A stretch of DNA of 46,265 nt from assembly GCA_035353995.1 (NCBI GenBank), contig DAOQAL010000001.1, forward strand, positions 374,104 through 420,368. The letters are read 5' to 3'. Shown piece by piece: positions 8,429-18,423 of this stretch (positions within the stretch are counted from its first letter, which is position 1; the number at the start of each line of letters is the position of its first letter). The position numbers and the translations under genes are program-made. Below the pieces are notes generated by a model, which saw only the letters and a program-made list of their open reading frames with translations, did no database searches and had not been told where the DNA came from. This DNA comes from Minisyncoccota bacterium. Its GTDB lineage: Bacteria; Patescibacteriota; Minisyncoccia; Phycocordibacterales; UBA9973.

Positions 8429-9910
8429 ATGTCCTCAATTGAAGAAATTAGGAATGTGAGAATCGAAAAATTAAACCTCTTAAAAAAGAAAGGTATTAAT
8501 CCGTATTCTGCAGAATCAAAAAGAGAGATTTCTTTAAAAGAAGTTATTGATAATTTCGACGAGTTAGAAAAGAAAAAAGAGTCAAAATGGATATCTGGGC
8601 GAATTATGTCAATACGCGGACAAGGCGCAATTGTTTTTATAACTCTCTTTGATGGTACAGCTAACTTTCAGGCTTTATTTAAAAAAGATGTTTTAAGTGA
8701 TGAAAAATTTGAACTTTTCAATCAAACAGTTGATATTGGTGATTTTGTTGAGGTATATGGTACTTTTTTTGTAACAAAGCGTGGAGAAAAGACGATTGAA
8801 ACGACAGATTGGAATATGCTTACCAAAACATTATTACCTTTGCCAGAGAAATGGCATGGGCTTCAAGATATTGAAGAAATTTATCGATCTCGCTATTTGG
8901 ATCTTGTAATGGACAGTGAAGCTCATGAACTTTTTATTACTCGTGCAAAAATAGTAAAAGCAATTCGGGAATATTTAGATAATAAAAATCTTCTAGAAGT
9001 TGAAACTCCAATTTTACAAAATCAGGCTGGTGGAGCAATGGCAAAAGTTTTTGAGACTTACCACAATGATTACGCTATGGATATGGTTCTTCGAATTGCA
9101 CTTGAACTTGAACATAAAAAAATAATGGCTGGAGGATATCAAGGAGTTTATGAAATAGGAAAATGTTTTAGAAATGAAGGCTCTGATCCAACTCATATTC
9201 AGGAATTTACTATGCTTGAATGGTATGCTGCATATAAAAGTTTGAAAGATAATATTGCTTGGACTGAAGAAATGATTAAACATATTGCTTTTAAAATTAT
9301 CGGCAAAAAGATTTATAAAGTTTGGGATAAAGATGGCAATGATGTAGAAGTTAATTTTGATACGGAATGGCCTCGAGTTAAATTTGGTGACCTTCTAAAA
9401 GAAAATGCAAAAATTGATATTTCAAAAATTTCTTCAGAAGAGGTTAAGACTGAAGCAATCAAGTGGGGTATGCCTAAAGATGAAGCAGAAAAAACTGGTA
9501 AAGCAAACTTGCTTGATTTTATTTATAAAAAATCTTCCAGACATAAAATTATTAATCCAACCTTTGTAACAAATTTTCCTGGAGAATTAAAACCACTTGC
9601 ACAACAAAATTTAGATGGCACAGCAAATGTTGCTCAACTTGTGATTGCAGGATCAGAAATTACAAATCAATATGCAGAGTTAGTTGATCCAATTCTTGAA
9701 AGAGAACTTTTAATGGCTCAGGCTAAAGCAAAAGAAGAGGGAGATGAAGAAGCAATGGAAGTTGACGAGTCATTTCTTTCTGCAATGGAGCATGGTATGC
9801 CTCCAATGACTGGATTTGGAATGGGTATAGACAGACTAACAGCAATTCTTACAGAACGAAAAAATCTTCGTGATGTAATTTTCTTTCCAATAATGAAACC
9901 TAAAAATTAA
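8429..9910 (+). CDS. lysS: Lysine--tRNA ligase (class II)
   Basis: OB-fold, EVETPIL, FRNEG...EFTMLEWY, GFGMGIDRL. Confidence 0.97.
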   Translation: MSSIEEIRNVRIEKLNLLKKKGINPYSAESKREISLKEVIDNFDELEKKKESKWISGRIMSIRGQGAIVFITLFDGTANFQALFKKDVLSDEKFELFNQTVDIGDFVEVYGTFFVTKRGEKTIETTDWNMLTKTLLPLPEKWHGLQDIEEIYRSRYLDLVMDSEAHELFITRAKIVKAIREYLDNKNLLEVETPILQNQAGGAMAKVFETYHNDYAMDMVLRIALELEHKKIMAGGYQGVYEIGKCFRNEGSDPTHIQEFTMLEWYAAYKSLKDNIAWTEEMIKHIAFKIIGKKIYKVWDKDGNDVEVNFDTEWPRVKFGDLLKENAKIDISKISSEEVKTEAIKWGMPKDEAEKTGKANLLDFIYKKSSRHKIINPTFVTNFPGELKPLAQQNLDGTANVAQLVIAGSEITNQYAELVDPILERELLMAQAKAKEEGDEEAMEVDESFLSAMEHGMPPMTGFGMGIDRLTAILTERKNLRDVIFFPIMKPKN

Positions 9911-9922
9911 ATTTGAAAAAAG

Positions 9923-9955
9923 AAAACCCCGCGTTATGTTGGCGGGGATTTTTTT
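9923..9955 (+). terminator. Intrinsic terminator after lysS
   Basis: CCCCGC-loop-GCGGGG followed by a T run. Confidence 0.85.
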
Positions 9956-10092
9956 GTGTGTGAAAGCATTTTATGTACAAAAATACAAAGTGCAAAAATT
10001 ACAATACTAAAGGCTAAAAAAATTATTAGCCCTTCCCTTGGGTCTGGGTTTTTCGTAAAAAATTCAATAATTTTTTCCATTTGTAAAATTTT

Positions 10093-10305
10093 TTAATTTT
10101 GCATATTCAATGGCTTTTTCGGTGGGTTAAAGAATTTTGCATTAACCCCCAACTGATGAAGTTCTGTGGCTTCTTGTCCATTGAATGGACGTTTGCCTGT
10201 ATCGTTTTCCTCACTAAAGGTAGGTGATTTTAACCTAAATTTAGGTTCAAAATTACGTTTTCCCGCATTACCATCGGGACTACGTTCATTTCTTGTTTTG
10301 TCCAT
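10093..10305 (-). CDS. Small hypothetical protein
   Basis: 70-aa ORF filling the lysS-mraZ gap, GC-richer than its flanks; no motif. Confidence 0.35.
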   Translation of the reverse strand: MDKTRNERSPDGNAGKRNFEPKFRLKSPTFSEENDTGKRPFNGQEATELHQLGVNAKFFNPPKKPLNMQN

Positions 10306-10408
10306 GTGGTTTATGCTTTTTTGTGAAAGAATATATTTTTTTTCTGTAATTTATAATACAACACTTTTCCCAAAAATACAAATATTTATGGGTATAAAAA
10401 TAGGGAAG

Positions 10409-10417
10409 TTATCCACA
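10409..10417 (+). promoter_or_regulatory. Consensus DnaA box
   Basis: TTATCCACA exact match upstream of mraZ; single copy, function unproven. Confidence 0.45.
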
Positions 10418-10461
10418 GAAAATTGCTTGCATCAATATTTTATAAGGCTATAATATATCAA

Positions 10462-10476
10462 GTGGGAAAAAGTGGG
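10462..10476 (+). promoter_or_regulatory. MraZ-binding direct repeats
   Basis: GTGGG at 10462 and 10472 (10-bp period) upstream of mraZ, matching the known MraZ operator pattern. Confidence 0.8.
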
Positions 10477-10497
10477 AAATTTAAATAAATAATTTTT

Positions 10498-10944
10498 ATG
10501 CTTATCGGAGAATACATACACACAATAGATGAAAAAAACCGGATTTCTTTACCGGCAAAATTTCGCAAAGAGATGGGAAAAAAAATTATCATAACTCCTG
10601 GACTTGATCAATGTTTATTTATTTTTACTGCTAAAGAATGGGAGAAAGTTTCAAATAAACTTTCTGATTCAAGTACTGATCTTTCATTTTTAAAATCAGA
10701 TAAAAGAAGTTTTAACAGATATATGTTTGGTAGAGCAGTAGAAGTTGAATTAGACACTATAGGAAGAATTTTAATACCTGATTTTTTGAAAGATAGAATT
10801 AAACTTTCTGATAAAGCAGCAATAATAGGAGTTAAAGATAGACTTGAAGTTTGGAATGATAAAGTTTGGTTGGAATATAACAAGAAAGTAGAAACAGAGG
10901 CCGGTCAATTGGCAGAAAAAATTGGAAATGAAAAATCTTTGTAA
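10498..10944 (+). CDS. mraZ: Transcriptional regulator MraZ
   Basis: Two SpoVT/AbrB repeats (DEKNRISLP, DTIGRILIP). Confidence 0.96.
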   Translation: MLIGEYIHTIDEKNRISLPAKFRKEMGKKIIITPGLDQCLFIFTAKEWEKVSNKLSDSSTDLSFLKSDKRSFNRYMFGRAVEVELDTIGRILIPDFLKDRIKLSDKAAIIGVKDRLEVWNDKVWLEYNKKVETEAGQLAEKIGNEKSL

Positions 10945-10945
10945 T

Positions 10946-11845
10946 ATGGAAAGTATACACAAGACAGTTCTTTTAAATGAAACAATAGAAGGGTTAAACC
11001 TAAAAGATAAGGCAATTGTAATTGATGGCACATTCGGTGGAGGAGGACATAGTAAAGAAATTTGCAATAGATATAAAAATATAAAAATAATTGCAATTGA
11101 TGAAGACCAGAGTGCTTGGGAAAGAGCAAAAAGTAAGTTTACTGATAATACTGATTCTGAAATTTCTTTTACACAAGGAAATTTTAAAAATCTTGATGAG
11201 ATTTTAAAAAGTAAAAATATAAAAGAAGTTGATGGAATTATTTTAGATTTAGGTTTGAGTAGTGATCAGTTAGAAAATTCTGGGAGAGGGTTTTCTTTTA
11301 TGAAAGATGAAGAGCTTTTAATGACAATGAAAGAAAATCCTTCTTTGGAAGATATAACTGCAAAAGATGTTGTAAATAATTGGAGCGAAGAAAATTTAGC
11401 AGACATTATTTATGGATACGGAGAAGAAAGATATGCAAAAAGAATAGCAAGAGCAATATCAGAAGCTAGAGCTAAGAAAGAAATAGAAAGAACTTTTGAA
11501 TTAGTAAAAATTATAGAAAATGCAGTTCCTGAGGCATACAAAAGAGGAAAGATACATTTTGCAACAAAAACATTTCAAGCCTTGCGTATAGCAGTAAATG
11601 ATGAATTAGAGACATTAAAAGTAGGACTTGAGAAAGGTTTTAATGTTCTGAAAAAAAATGGAAGGATGTCTGTAATTTCATTTCATAGTTTAGAAGATAG
11701 GATTGTAAAAAATTGTTTTAGAGAAAAAAAGAGAGATGGTGTTGCAAAATTAATAAATAAAAAACCAATAACAGCAAGTAAAGAAGAATTACAAATTAAT
11801 AATAGATCGAGAAGTGCAAAATTAAGAATTTTAGAAAAAATATAA
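10946..11845 (+). CDS. rsmH: 16S rRNA m4C1402 methyltransferase RsmH
   Basis: HKTVLLNE, DGTFGGGGHS, TFQALRIAVNDE, ISFHSLEDR, NRSRSAKLR; start placed at ATG 10946, just after the mraZ stop. Confidence 0.97.
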   Translation: MESIHKTVLLNETIEGLNLKDKAIVIDGTFGGGGHSKEICNRYKNIKIIAIDEDQSAWERAKSKFTDNTDSEISFTQGNFKNLDEILKSKNIKEVDGIILDLGLSSDQLENSGRGFSFMKDEELLMTMKENPSLEDITAKDVVNNWSEENLADIIYGYGEERYAKRIARAISEARAKKEIERTFELVKIIENAVPEAYKRGKIHFATKTFQALRIAVNDELETLKVGLEKGFNVLKKNGRMSVISFHSLEDRIVKNCFREKKRDGVAKLINKKPITASKEELQINNRSRSAKLRILEKI

Positions 11846-11848
11846 AAT

Positions 11849-12205
11849 ATGAAAAAAACAGCCAAAAAAGTTAAGAGTTATGCATCAAATGTAAATATTG
11901 TAGACAACAATAATCTAAAAAGAAAAATGTCTCATATTTTGCTAGCATTTTTGGGTTCTTTGGCTGTTTGTTATGGAATTATACTTATTAGTATGGTTTT
12001 TAATATAGTTGAAAGACAAAGTTTAGCATCTGAAGCAAAAACTTTATCAAATGAAGTTGGAGGATTGGAACTAGAGTATTTGTCTATGTCAAATAAAATA
12101 GATTTAGCTCTTTCAAAGGAAATGGGCTTTAGAGAAACAGATACTAAATTTGCTGTAAGAGAATCTTTTACAGCTTTAAGATATAATACTACAAATGAGC
12201 TATAG
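11849..12205 (+). CDS. FtsL-like single-pass membrane/coiled-coil protein
   Basis: Sits between rsmH and the PBP gene; one TM segment followed by a coiled coil. Confidence 0.6.
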   Translation: MKKTAKKVKSYASNVNIVDNNNLKRKMSHILLAFLGSLAVCYGIILISMVFNIVERQSLASEAKTLSNEVGGLELEYLSMSNKIDLALSKEMGFRETDTKFAVRESFTALRYNTTNEL

Positions 12206-13913
12206 TTTTTTTTCATCAACGAGAATAAAAATTTTTTCTTTTTGTATACTTGCTTTTGCCTTCATATTAATTGTAAGGCTTTTTTTTATACAAATAGTAA
12301 ATAGTGATTTATATAAAGAAAAAGCTGACAGGCAATATGCAACTCCTTCTTCTGATATTTTTGAAAGAGGATCGATTTTTTTTGAAACAAAAACTGGAGA
12401 ATTAGTTTCTGCTGCAATACAAACAACTGGTTTTAAAATTGCTATTAATCCAGCCAAAATTACAGATATTGATAATACTTTTAATAAGTTAAAAGGAATA
12501 ATAGACATTGATTATGAAAAATTTAAACTAAAAGCTGAAAAGAAGGATGATCCTTATGAAGAAATAGCAAATCAACTTTCGAAAGAAAAAGCAGATGAGG
12601 TTTCAGCATTAAATCTATCGGGAGTATCTATTTATAAAGAGAAATGGAGATTTTATCCAGGAGAAGATTTAGCTTCTCACGTTTTAGGTTTTGTGGGTTT
12701 CAAAGGTAATGAATTATCTGGGCGTTATGGTCTAGAAAAACAATATGATAATACTCTTTCACAAAATAAAGATAATCCATATGTAAATTTTTTTGCAGAA
12801 GTTTTCTCAAATATAAATGATAAATTTTTTAGCGAAGAAGAACAAAATGGAGACATAGTTATGACTATTGAGCCAAGTACTCAAGGTTTTTTAGAGAAGA
12901 AGTTGAATGAAGTAAAAAATAAATATAATGCAGACTCTGTTGGTGGAATAATTATGAATCCTCAAGATGGATCAATTTATGCAATGTCATCAAAGCCTGA
13001 TTTTAATCCAAATAATTTTTCTGAAAATACGAATAACTCTATTTTTACAAATCCATTAGTTGAAAATATTTTGGAATTTGGTTCTGTAGTAAAGCCACTT
13101 GTAATGGCTGCTGCATTGGATGCAGGAGTTGTAACAGCAGATACAAGGTACAATGATACGGGTTCAGTTGTTGTAGAAAAAAAAGAAATATTTAATTTTG
13201 ATAAAAAAGGACGTGGACCAAATACAAGTATGCAAGATGTTTTAAATCAATCATTAAATACTGGTATGGTTTTTGTGTATCAACATTTAGGAAAAGAAAA
13301 AATGCGAGACTACTTTTTTTCTTATGGAATAAAAGACAAAACAGGAATTGATTTACCAAATGAAACTGGAAGTTTGACTGGAAATTTAAATAGTCCTCGT
13401 AATATAGAGTATGCTAATGCTTCTTTCGGACAAGGTATTGCTCTTACTCCAGTTGAAATAACTCGCGCTCTAGCGTCACTTTCGAATGGTGGAAACTTAG
13501 TTGTTCCTCATGTTGTGAAATATATAAAGTATGATGATGGTACAAGAAAAGAAATGACATATCCTGTAACACGTACAAAAATTTCTGAAAAAACTTCTGA
13601 AGAAATTACAAGAATGTTAGTAACAGTCATGGATAAATCTCTAAAAGGTGGTCTTGCAAAGTTTGAACATTATAGCGTTGCAGTAAAAACAGGAACTGCG
13701 CAAGTTGCTAATCTTAATGGAGGAGGATATTATTTAGATAAGCATACTCATTCTTTTTTTGGATATTTTCCTGCTTATGATCCAAAATTTATAGTTTTTC
13801 TTTATGCTGTTAATCCAAAAGGGGTACAATATGCTTCAGGAACTTGGTCAGATCCATTTTTAGATATTACAAAATTTTTAATAAATTATTATCAAGTTCC
13901 ACCGGATAGATAA
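12195..13913 (+). CDS. ftsI: Class B penicillin-binding protein (FtsI/PBP3-like)
   Basis: N-terminal TM, EFGSVVKP (SxxK), SLNTG (SxN), KTGTAQ; dcw position. Confidence 0.88.
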   Translation: MSYSFFSSTRIKIFSFCILAFAFILIVRLFFIQIVNSDLYKEKADRQYATPSSDIFERGSIFFETKTGELVSAAIQTTGFKIAINPAKITDIDNTFNKLKGIIDIDYEKFKLKAEKKDDPYEEIANQLSKEKADEVSALNLSGVSIYKEKWRFYPGEDLASHVLGFVGFKGNELSGRYGLEKQYDNTLSQNKDNPYVNFFAEVFSNINDKFFSEEEQNGDIVMTIEPSTQGFLEKKLNEVKNKYNADSVGGIIMNPQDGSIYAMSSKPDFNPNNFSENTNNSIFTNPLVENILEFGSVVKPLVMAAALDAGVVTADTRYNDTGSVVVEKKEIFNFDKKGRGPNTSMQDVLNQSLNTGMVFVYQHLGKEKMRDYFFSYGIKDKTGIDLPNETGSLTGNLNSPRNIEYANASFGQGIALTPVEITRALASLSNGGNLVVPHVVKYIKYDDGTRKEMTYPVTRTKISEKTSEEITRMLVTVMDKSLKGGLAKFEHYSVAVKTGTAQVANLNGGGYYLDKHTHSFFGYFPAYDPKFIVFLYAVNPKGVQYASGTWSDPFLDITKFLINYYQVPPDR

Positions 13914-13938
13914 AAATTAATTATTCGAAAATAATATT

Positions 13939-15234
13939 ATGAAAGATATTTTTAAAAAAATTATTATTTATATACTGCAAGTTGAATCAAAACTTGTTCT
14001 TTTGAAATACAAACCAAAAGTTGTTTCTATCACTGGTTCTGTTGGAAAAACATCTACAAAAGATGCTGTCTATGCTGTTATATCTGGTGTCTCTTATGTA
14101 AGGAAAAGTGAAAAAAGTTTTAACAGTGAAATTGGTTTACCACTTACAATTTTAGGTTGTCCAAATGGATGGAATAATCCAGTAACTTGGTTAAAAAATA
14201 TTTTTAAAGGTTTAAAACTTCTAATTTTACATAATAATTATCCCGAATGGCTTGTATTGGAGGTTGGAATAGGTAAACCAGGAGATATGAAAAGAACAGC
14301 TTCATGGCTTCGAAGTGATGCTGTAATTATAACTACAATAGGTGAAACTCCAGTTCATATTGAATTCTTTAATTCTCGAAAACATTTAATAGAAGAAAAA
14401 GCAGGTTTAATAAAAACTTTGAGAAAGGATGGAATTTTAGTTTTGAATGCAGACGATGAGGCTGTTATTGATATGAAAAATAAAACGAAGAACAAAGTTA
14501 TTACTTATGGATTCAAACAAGAAGCTGATATTTGTGGTTCAGAAGAAAATATTTTTTATGGTGAAAATGGATATCCAAAAGGAATTGTTTATAGAATAGA
14601 TGAAGAAGGGAAGAGCTTGCCCGTAACAATTGAAGGTGTATTTGGTAAAAACCACATATACGCTTCACTTGGGGCATTAGCACTTTCTTCTGGTTTAAAA
14701 TTCAATATGCTCGATGCAATAAATAGATTAAAAACTTATGAAGTTCCACCTGGCAGGATGCGATTATTGTCTGGCATAAATGATTCTTTGATTATTGATG
14801 ATACATATAATTCTTCGCCTTTTGCTTGTGAATCTGGTTTACGAACAGTTGGTGAAGTAAAAAATATGAAAAGAAAAATTGCCGTTTTGGGTGATATGCT
14901 TGAATTAGGAAAACATACAAAAACTGCTCATGAAAATATTGGTAAAATAGCTAGTGAAAATGTAGATATTGTTGTTGTAGTTGGGCAAAGAGCTGATGGA
15001 ATTAAAAATGGTGCTATTGATGCTGGTATGAATAAAGATAATATTTTTGAATTTTTAAATTCAACAGATGCAGGAGAATTTTTGAAAACTTTTGTACGTA
15101 AAAATGATTTAATTTTTATTAAAGGGTCACAAGGTATGCGTATGGAACGCACAGTAGAAGCAATTCTTTTTGATAAAGAAAATAAATCTAAATTACTGGT
15201 TCGTCAGGACGCTGAATGGGTTGCGAAGAAATAA
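13939..15234 (+). CDS. murF: UDP-MurNAc-tripeptide--D-Ala-D-Ala ligase
   Basis: TGSVGKTSTK P-loop, DDTYNSSP, LGDMLELG, KGSQG. Confidence 0.9.
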   Translation: MKDIFKKIIIYILQVESKLVLLKYKPKVVSITGSVGKTSTKDAVYAVISGVSYVRKSEKSFNSEIGLPLTILGCPNGWNNPVTWLKNIFKGLKLLILHNNYPEWLVLEVGIGKPGDMKRTASWLRSDAVIITTIGETPVHIEFFNSRKHLIEEKAGLIKTLRKDGILVLNADDEAVIDMKNKTKNKVITYGFKQEADICGSEENIFYGENGYPKGIVYRIDEEGKSLPVTIEGVFGKNHIYASLGALALSSGLKFNMLDAINRLKTYEVPPGRMRLLSGINDSLIIDDTYNSSPFACESGLRTVGEVKNMKRKIAVLGDMLELGKHTKTAHENIGKIASENVDIVVVVGQRADGIKNGAIDAGMNKDNIFEFLNSTDAGEFLKTFVRKNDLIFIKGSQGMRMERTVEAILFDKENKSKLLVRQDAEWVAKK

Positions 15235-15257
15235 AATTAAGCTAAATTTGTTTTAAA

Positions 15258-15659
15258 TTAATTTACTATCTGTGTGCAATGAGAGCAACGTTTTGCCTCA
15301 ATGGGTATTTCACTAAGACATTCAGGGCATTTTTTTGTACTAGGATCTATTGGTTTTCCTTTTTTAGATTTTGCAACAAGAAGATTTATAGGTTTAACAA
15401 CAAAAAAGAAAACGGTCGCAGACACAAGTAGAAAAGATATTAAAGCATTTATAAGATCTCCATATAGAAAGACACTGCCATTAATTGTAAAATACAAATT
15501 AGAAAAATCTCGAACTTTTGCTATTGCTGCTATAAGTGGAGTTAAAAAATCTTTTACCAATGCAGAAACTATTGTTCCAAAAGCTCCACCGACAACAACA
15601 CCAACAGCTAGGTCGACTACATTTCCTCTAAGTAAAAATTGTTTAAATTCTTTTAACAT
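15258..15659 (-). CDS. mscL: Large-conductance mechanosensitive channel with C-terminal CxxC-CxxC zinc ribbon
   Basis: FKQFLLRGNVVDLAVGVVVGGAF signature; tail CPEC...CSHC. Confidence 0.93.
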   Translation of the reverse strand: MLKEFKQFLLRGNVVDLAVGVVVGGAFGTIVSALVKDFLTPLIAAIAKVRDFSNLYFTINGSVFLYGDLINALISFLLVSATVFFFVVKPINLLVAKSKKGKPIDPSTKKCPECLSEIPIEAKRCSHCTQIVN

Positions 15660-15732
15660 ATATTTTTATATTTTTAATATATAAACGTAAAACAATAAAA
15701 TTATAACATATTAAAAAAGGGAAGTGTCAAAT

Positions 15733-15768
15733 AAAAAAGGGTGATTACTTAATTCATCACCCCTTTTT
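15733..15768. terminator. Bidirectional-type hairpin terminator
   Basis: AAAAAAGGGTGAT-loop-ATCACCCCTTTTT. Confidence 0.7.
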
Positions 15769-16113
15769 CTCCCAATAAGGGAATTTTTTTTTGCGATTTT
15801 TCAATACTGTCTTTTATATAACAATACTTTTCTAACACAAGATAAACCAATAAAGCTATGTGTTTGCACAAATTAAAAACACATATAAATGAAATTTTCT
15901 CAATATTTTTCATCGCTTTTTACCGCCTACTTTACTCAGCGGATTTTTTTAAGTTCATTTATATATAATATATAAGATCAAATTTACACTAAAAATTATA
16001 CCAATTTAATATCAAAAGTCAATTCAAGTTATTTAACAATTTAATTTTAAAGTCTTGACAAAATATGTGTTTAATTGTAACTTAAATAAAACGTAATTTT
16101 TAAAAGAAAAAAT

Positions 16114-16497
16114 ATGGACAGAAATCTTCAAAAGAAAAATCTTTCAGAACTTTTAAAAAAGCATGAAGATGCAGCTTCGAATGGTAATAAAAACTTGTGT
16201 AAGGAAATTAAAAACATAATTGTAAAAAAATACGACCTTAAACCAAGTTACAAGTTGCAAATAGCTTTGCTAGAAGTTAAATCTATGAAAATTTCCCAAG
16301 AAGAAAAAGAAAATTTATTTTTTGTTAAACAAATTGTCCGCGATTTGTTAGAAAAAATAGATATAAAAAAGATAAATAATCTTTGGGAAATTGAAGCATG
16401 TTTTCAGAAAGTTATGAAATCTTATGATATTTCTAGTCAAGAGGTTTTTGACCTTAAAAAAATAAGGACAAAAAACAAAAGAAAAAGGGGATCATAA
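16114..16497 (+). CDS. Hypothetical protein
   Basis: 127-aa ORF with TTGACA upstream and a hairpin downstream. Confidence 0.6.
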   Translation: MDRNLQKKNLSELLKKHEDAASNGNKNLCKEIKNIIVKKYDLKPSYKLQIALLEVKSMKISQEEKENLFFVKQIVRDLLEKIDIKKINNLWEIEACFQKVMKSYDISSQEVFDLKKIRTKNKRKRGS

Positions 16498-16512
16498 GAT
16501 AATAAATTATTT

Positions 16513-16553
16513 AAAAAACGCTCTGTGTAATTGTACAATTACACAGAGTTTTT
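16513..16553. terminator. Hairpin terminator between convergent ORFs
   Basis: CTCTGTGTAATT-GTAC-AATTACACAGAG perfect 12-bp stem with A/T tails. Confidence 0.8.
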
Positions 16554-16623
16554 ATTTTATATAAAAGTTTCTATATGCATAAAAAATGGGCCCACCTAAA
16601 AAGAGGTAAGCCCAATGTGTCTT

Positions 16624-17016
16624 TCATTGCCAGTCAACAGAAGTTAAATTATTGACAACAAAGTTAATTTGAAACGGACTTGAATTTCTCATCAAAATTA
16701 TTTTTGATAAAGTTTTTCTGTCATAATTGTCATCAACTTTTTCAAATTCTTGTTTGTTGCAGAATCTAATACTGGCAGATTCTTTTTTTTCTTCTGTGAG
16801 GAACAAGTTTATACCGTGTAAAGTATCATTTACGGTCAATCTTTTCTTTTGTTGTTCTTTTTCTTCTCCTGTTAAAAGAATTTTTTTTATGATATTAAAT
16901 AGTTTTCTTTCCCTTTTTAGGGAGTAAACAATCGTTACTGAAATAATTTTTTTGTTTTCAATTATTTCATCTAAAGATAGCCTTTGACCGCTGGAATTCG
17001 TGTAGTACTTCTCCAT
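16624..17016 (-). CDS. Hypothetical protein
   Basis: 130-aa ORF; no recognisable motif. Confidence 0.55.
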   Translation of the reverse strand: MEKYYTNSSGQRLSLDEIIENKKIISVTIVYSLKRERKLFNIIKKILLTGEEKEQQKKRLTVNDTLHGINLFLTEEKKESASIRFCNKQEFEKVDDNYDRKTLSKIILMRNSSPFQINFVVNNLTSVDWQ

Positions 17017-17114
17017 ATTTTGATTGTTTTTTATTTTTACAATGAAACTTTATACTTTTTCTACAAAAAACATATCATAAATATACCCAAAAGTCAACCT
17101 ACAATTTGCATATA

Positions 17115-17171
17115 TACATAGGCAAGACCTCTGTAGTAAAGACCAAACTACAGAGGCAAGACCTCTGTAGT
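17115..17171 (+). repeat. Two palindromic AGG-CAAGA-CCT repeats upstream of purM
   Basis: TACATAGGCAAGACCTCTGTA (17115-17135) and ACTACAGAGGCAAGACCTCTGTAGT (17147-17171, perfect 10-bp arms). Confidence 0.92.
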
Positions 17172-17299
17172 TCCTCTGGGTTAAAGAGATCTGTAAGAAG
17201 AGGGGTTTATTTTATTGCTTTTTTGTTAGTTTTAAGTAATATGAGTTAAGAAATTGAACATTTAAATTAATTAACATAAATTTACAGGAGGAATTTAAA

Positions 17300-18409
17300 A
17301 TGAAACAAGAAATGACTTATGCAGGAACTGGTGTCAATTATGCAGACATGGATCCTTTTAAAATCGCTTGTCAAAAACGAGCCATGTTGACTTCCAATAA
17401 TGCTAAAAGATTTGGCATTAACTCTTTAGAGTGGACACGAGGTGAAAGTGCCTTCATCCTTGATTTTAAGCATGTGACTTTCCCTAAAATTTCTCATGTT
17501 GAGGAAGGTCTTGGCACAAAAAACCTTGTTGCCGATGCAATGATGAAAATTACCGGTAAATCATATTATGATCAAATTGCTCAAGATACAGTAGCAATGA
17601 TTGTAAACGATATGATTACTCTTGGTAGTTTTCCAATATCTCTAGCTATGCATTTGGCCGTTTGGCATTCTGACTGGTTCAAAAATCAACAAAGAGTAAA
17701 TGACCTTGTCAGTGGATGGGGTGATGCATGTGATCAAGCAGGATGTGTTTGGGCTGGAGGAGAAACTCCAACACTAAGAGATATTATCTATCCTGAAGCG
17801 TCATTACTTTCTGGTTCTGCGGTGGGTATTAATTTACCCATGGGGAATTTTAATCCGTCGAATATTAAAGAAGGTGATTCGATTATTATTTTTGAATCTT
17901 CTGGTATTCATGCGAATTGTTTAACTCTCTCAAGAGAACTTGCTGACAAGCTTCCAAATGGTTACGAAACGCTACTGTCTGATGGCCGTATGTATGGTGA
18001 AGCGTTGCTTGACCCCACTCACATTTATTGCAATTTTTTGGAGCTATGTGTTACAGGAGGAACTGATATTCACTATGCGGTAAATATAACTGGTCATGGA
18101 TGGAGAAAATTCATGAGAGCTCCTCAGCCATTTTCCTATGTTATTGAAAAGCTTCCAACTCAATTGCCTATTTTTGATTTTATTCAAGAACATGGGCCAG
18201 TCTCTGACAAAGAAGCTTACAGTAACTTGAACATGGGAGCAGGCTTTGCTATTTTTGTTCCTGGTTCAAGTGTGGATGACATTCTTCTTCAGTGTAACGA
18301 AAAATTTCGTGTTTTTGTTGCCGGCTACGTTGAAGAATCTTCCGTAAAAAGAGTAGTCATCAAACCAAAGGGTTTAGAGTATAAAGCTGAAACTCTGGCG
18401 GTAAGGTGA
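17300..18409 (+). CDS. purM: AIR synthase (phosphoribosylformylglycinamidine cyclo-ligase) family protein
   Basis: TYAGTGVN, MIVND, AGGETP, SSGIHAN, HYAVNITGHG, NLNMGAGF; AGGAGG Shine-Dalgarno upstream. Confidence 0.85.
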   Translation: MKQEMTYAGTGVNYADMDPFKIACQKRAMLTSNNAKRFGINSLEWTRGESAFILDFKHVTFPKISHVEEGLGTKNLVADAMMKITGKSYYDQIAQDTVAMIVNDMITLGSFPISLAMHLAVWHSDWFKNQQRVNDLVSGWGDACDQAGCVWAGGETPTLRDIIYPEASLLSGSAVGINLPMGNFNPSNIKEGDSIIIFESSGIHANCLTLSRELADKLPNGYETLLSDGRMYGEALLDPTHIYCNFLELCVTGGTDIHYAVNITGHGWRKFMRAPQPFSYVIEKLPTQLPIFDFIQEHGPVSDKEAYSNLNMGAGFAIFVPGSSVDDILLQCNEKFRVFVAGYVEESSVKRVVIKPKGLEYKAETLAVR

Positions 18410-18423
18410 GACACCTTGTTTGT

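Noticed and set aside
10409-10417. Replication origin
   Set aside because: Only one DnaA box, with no dnaA/dnaN or box cluster nearby.
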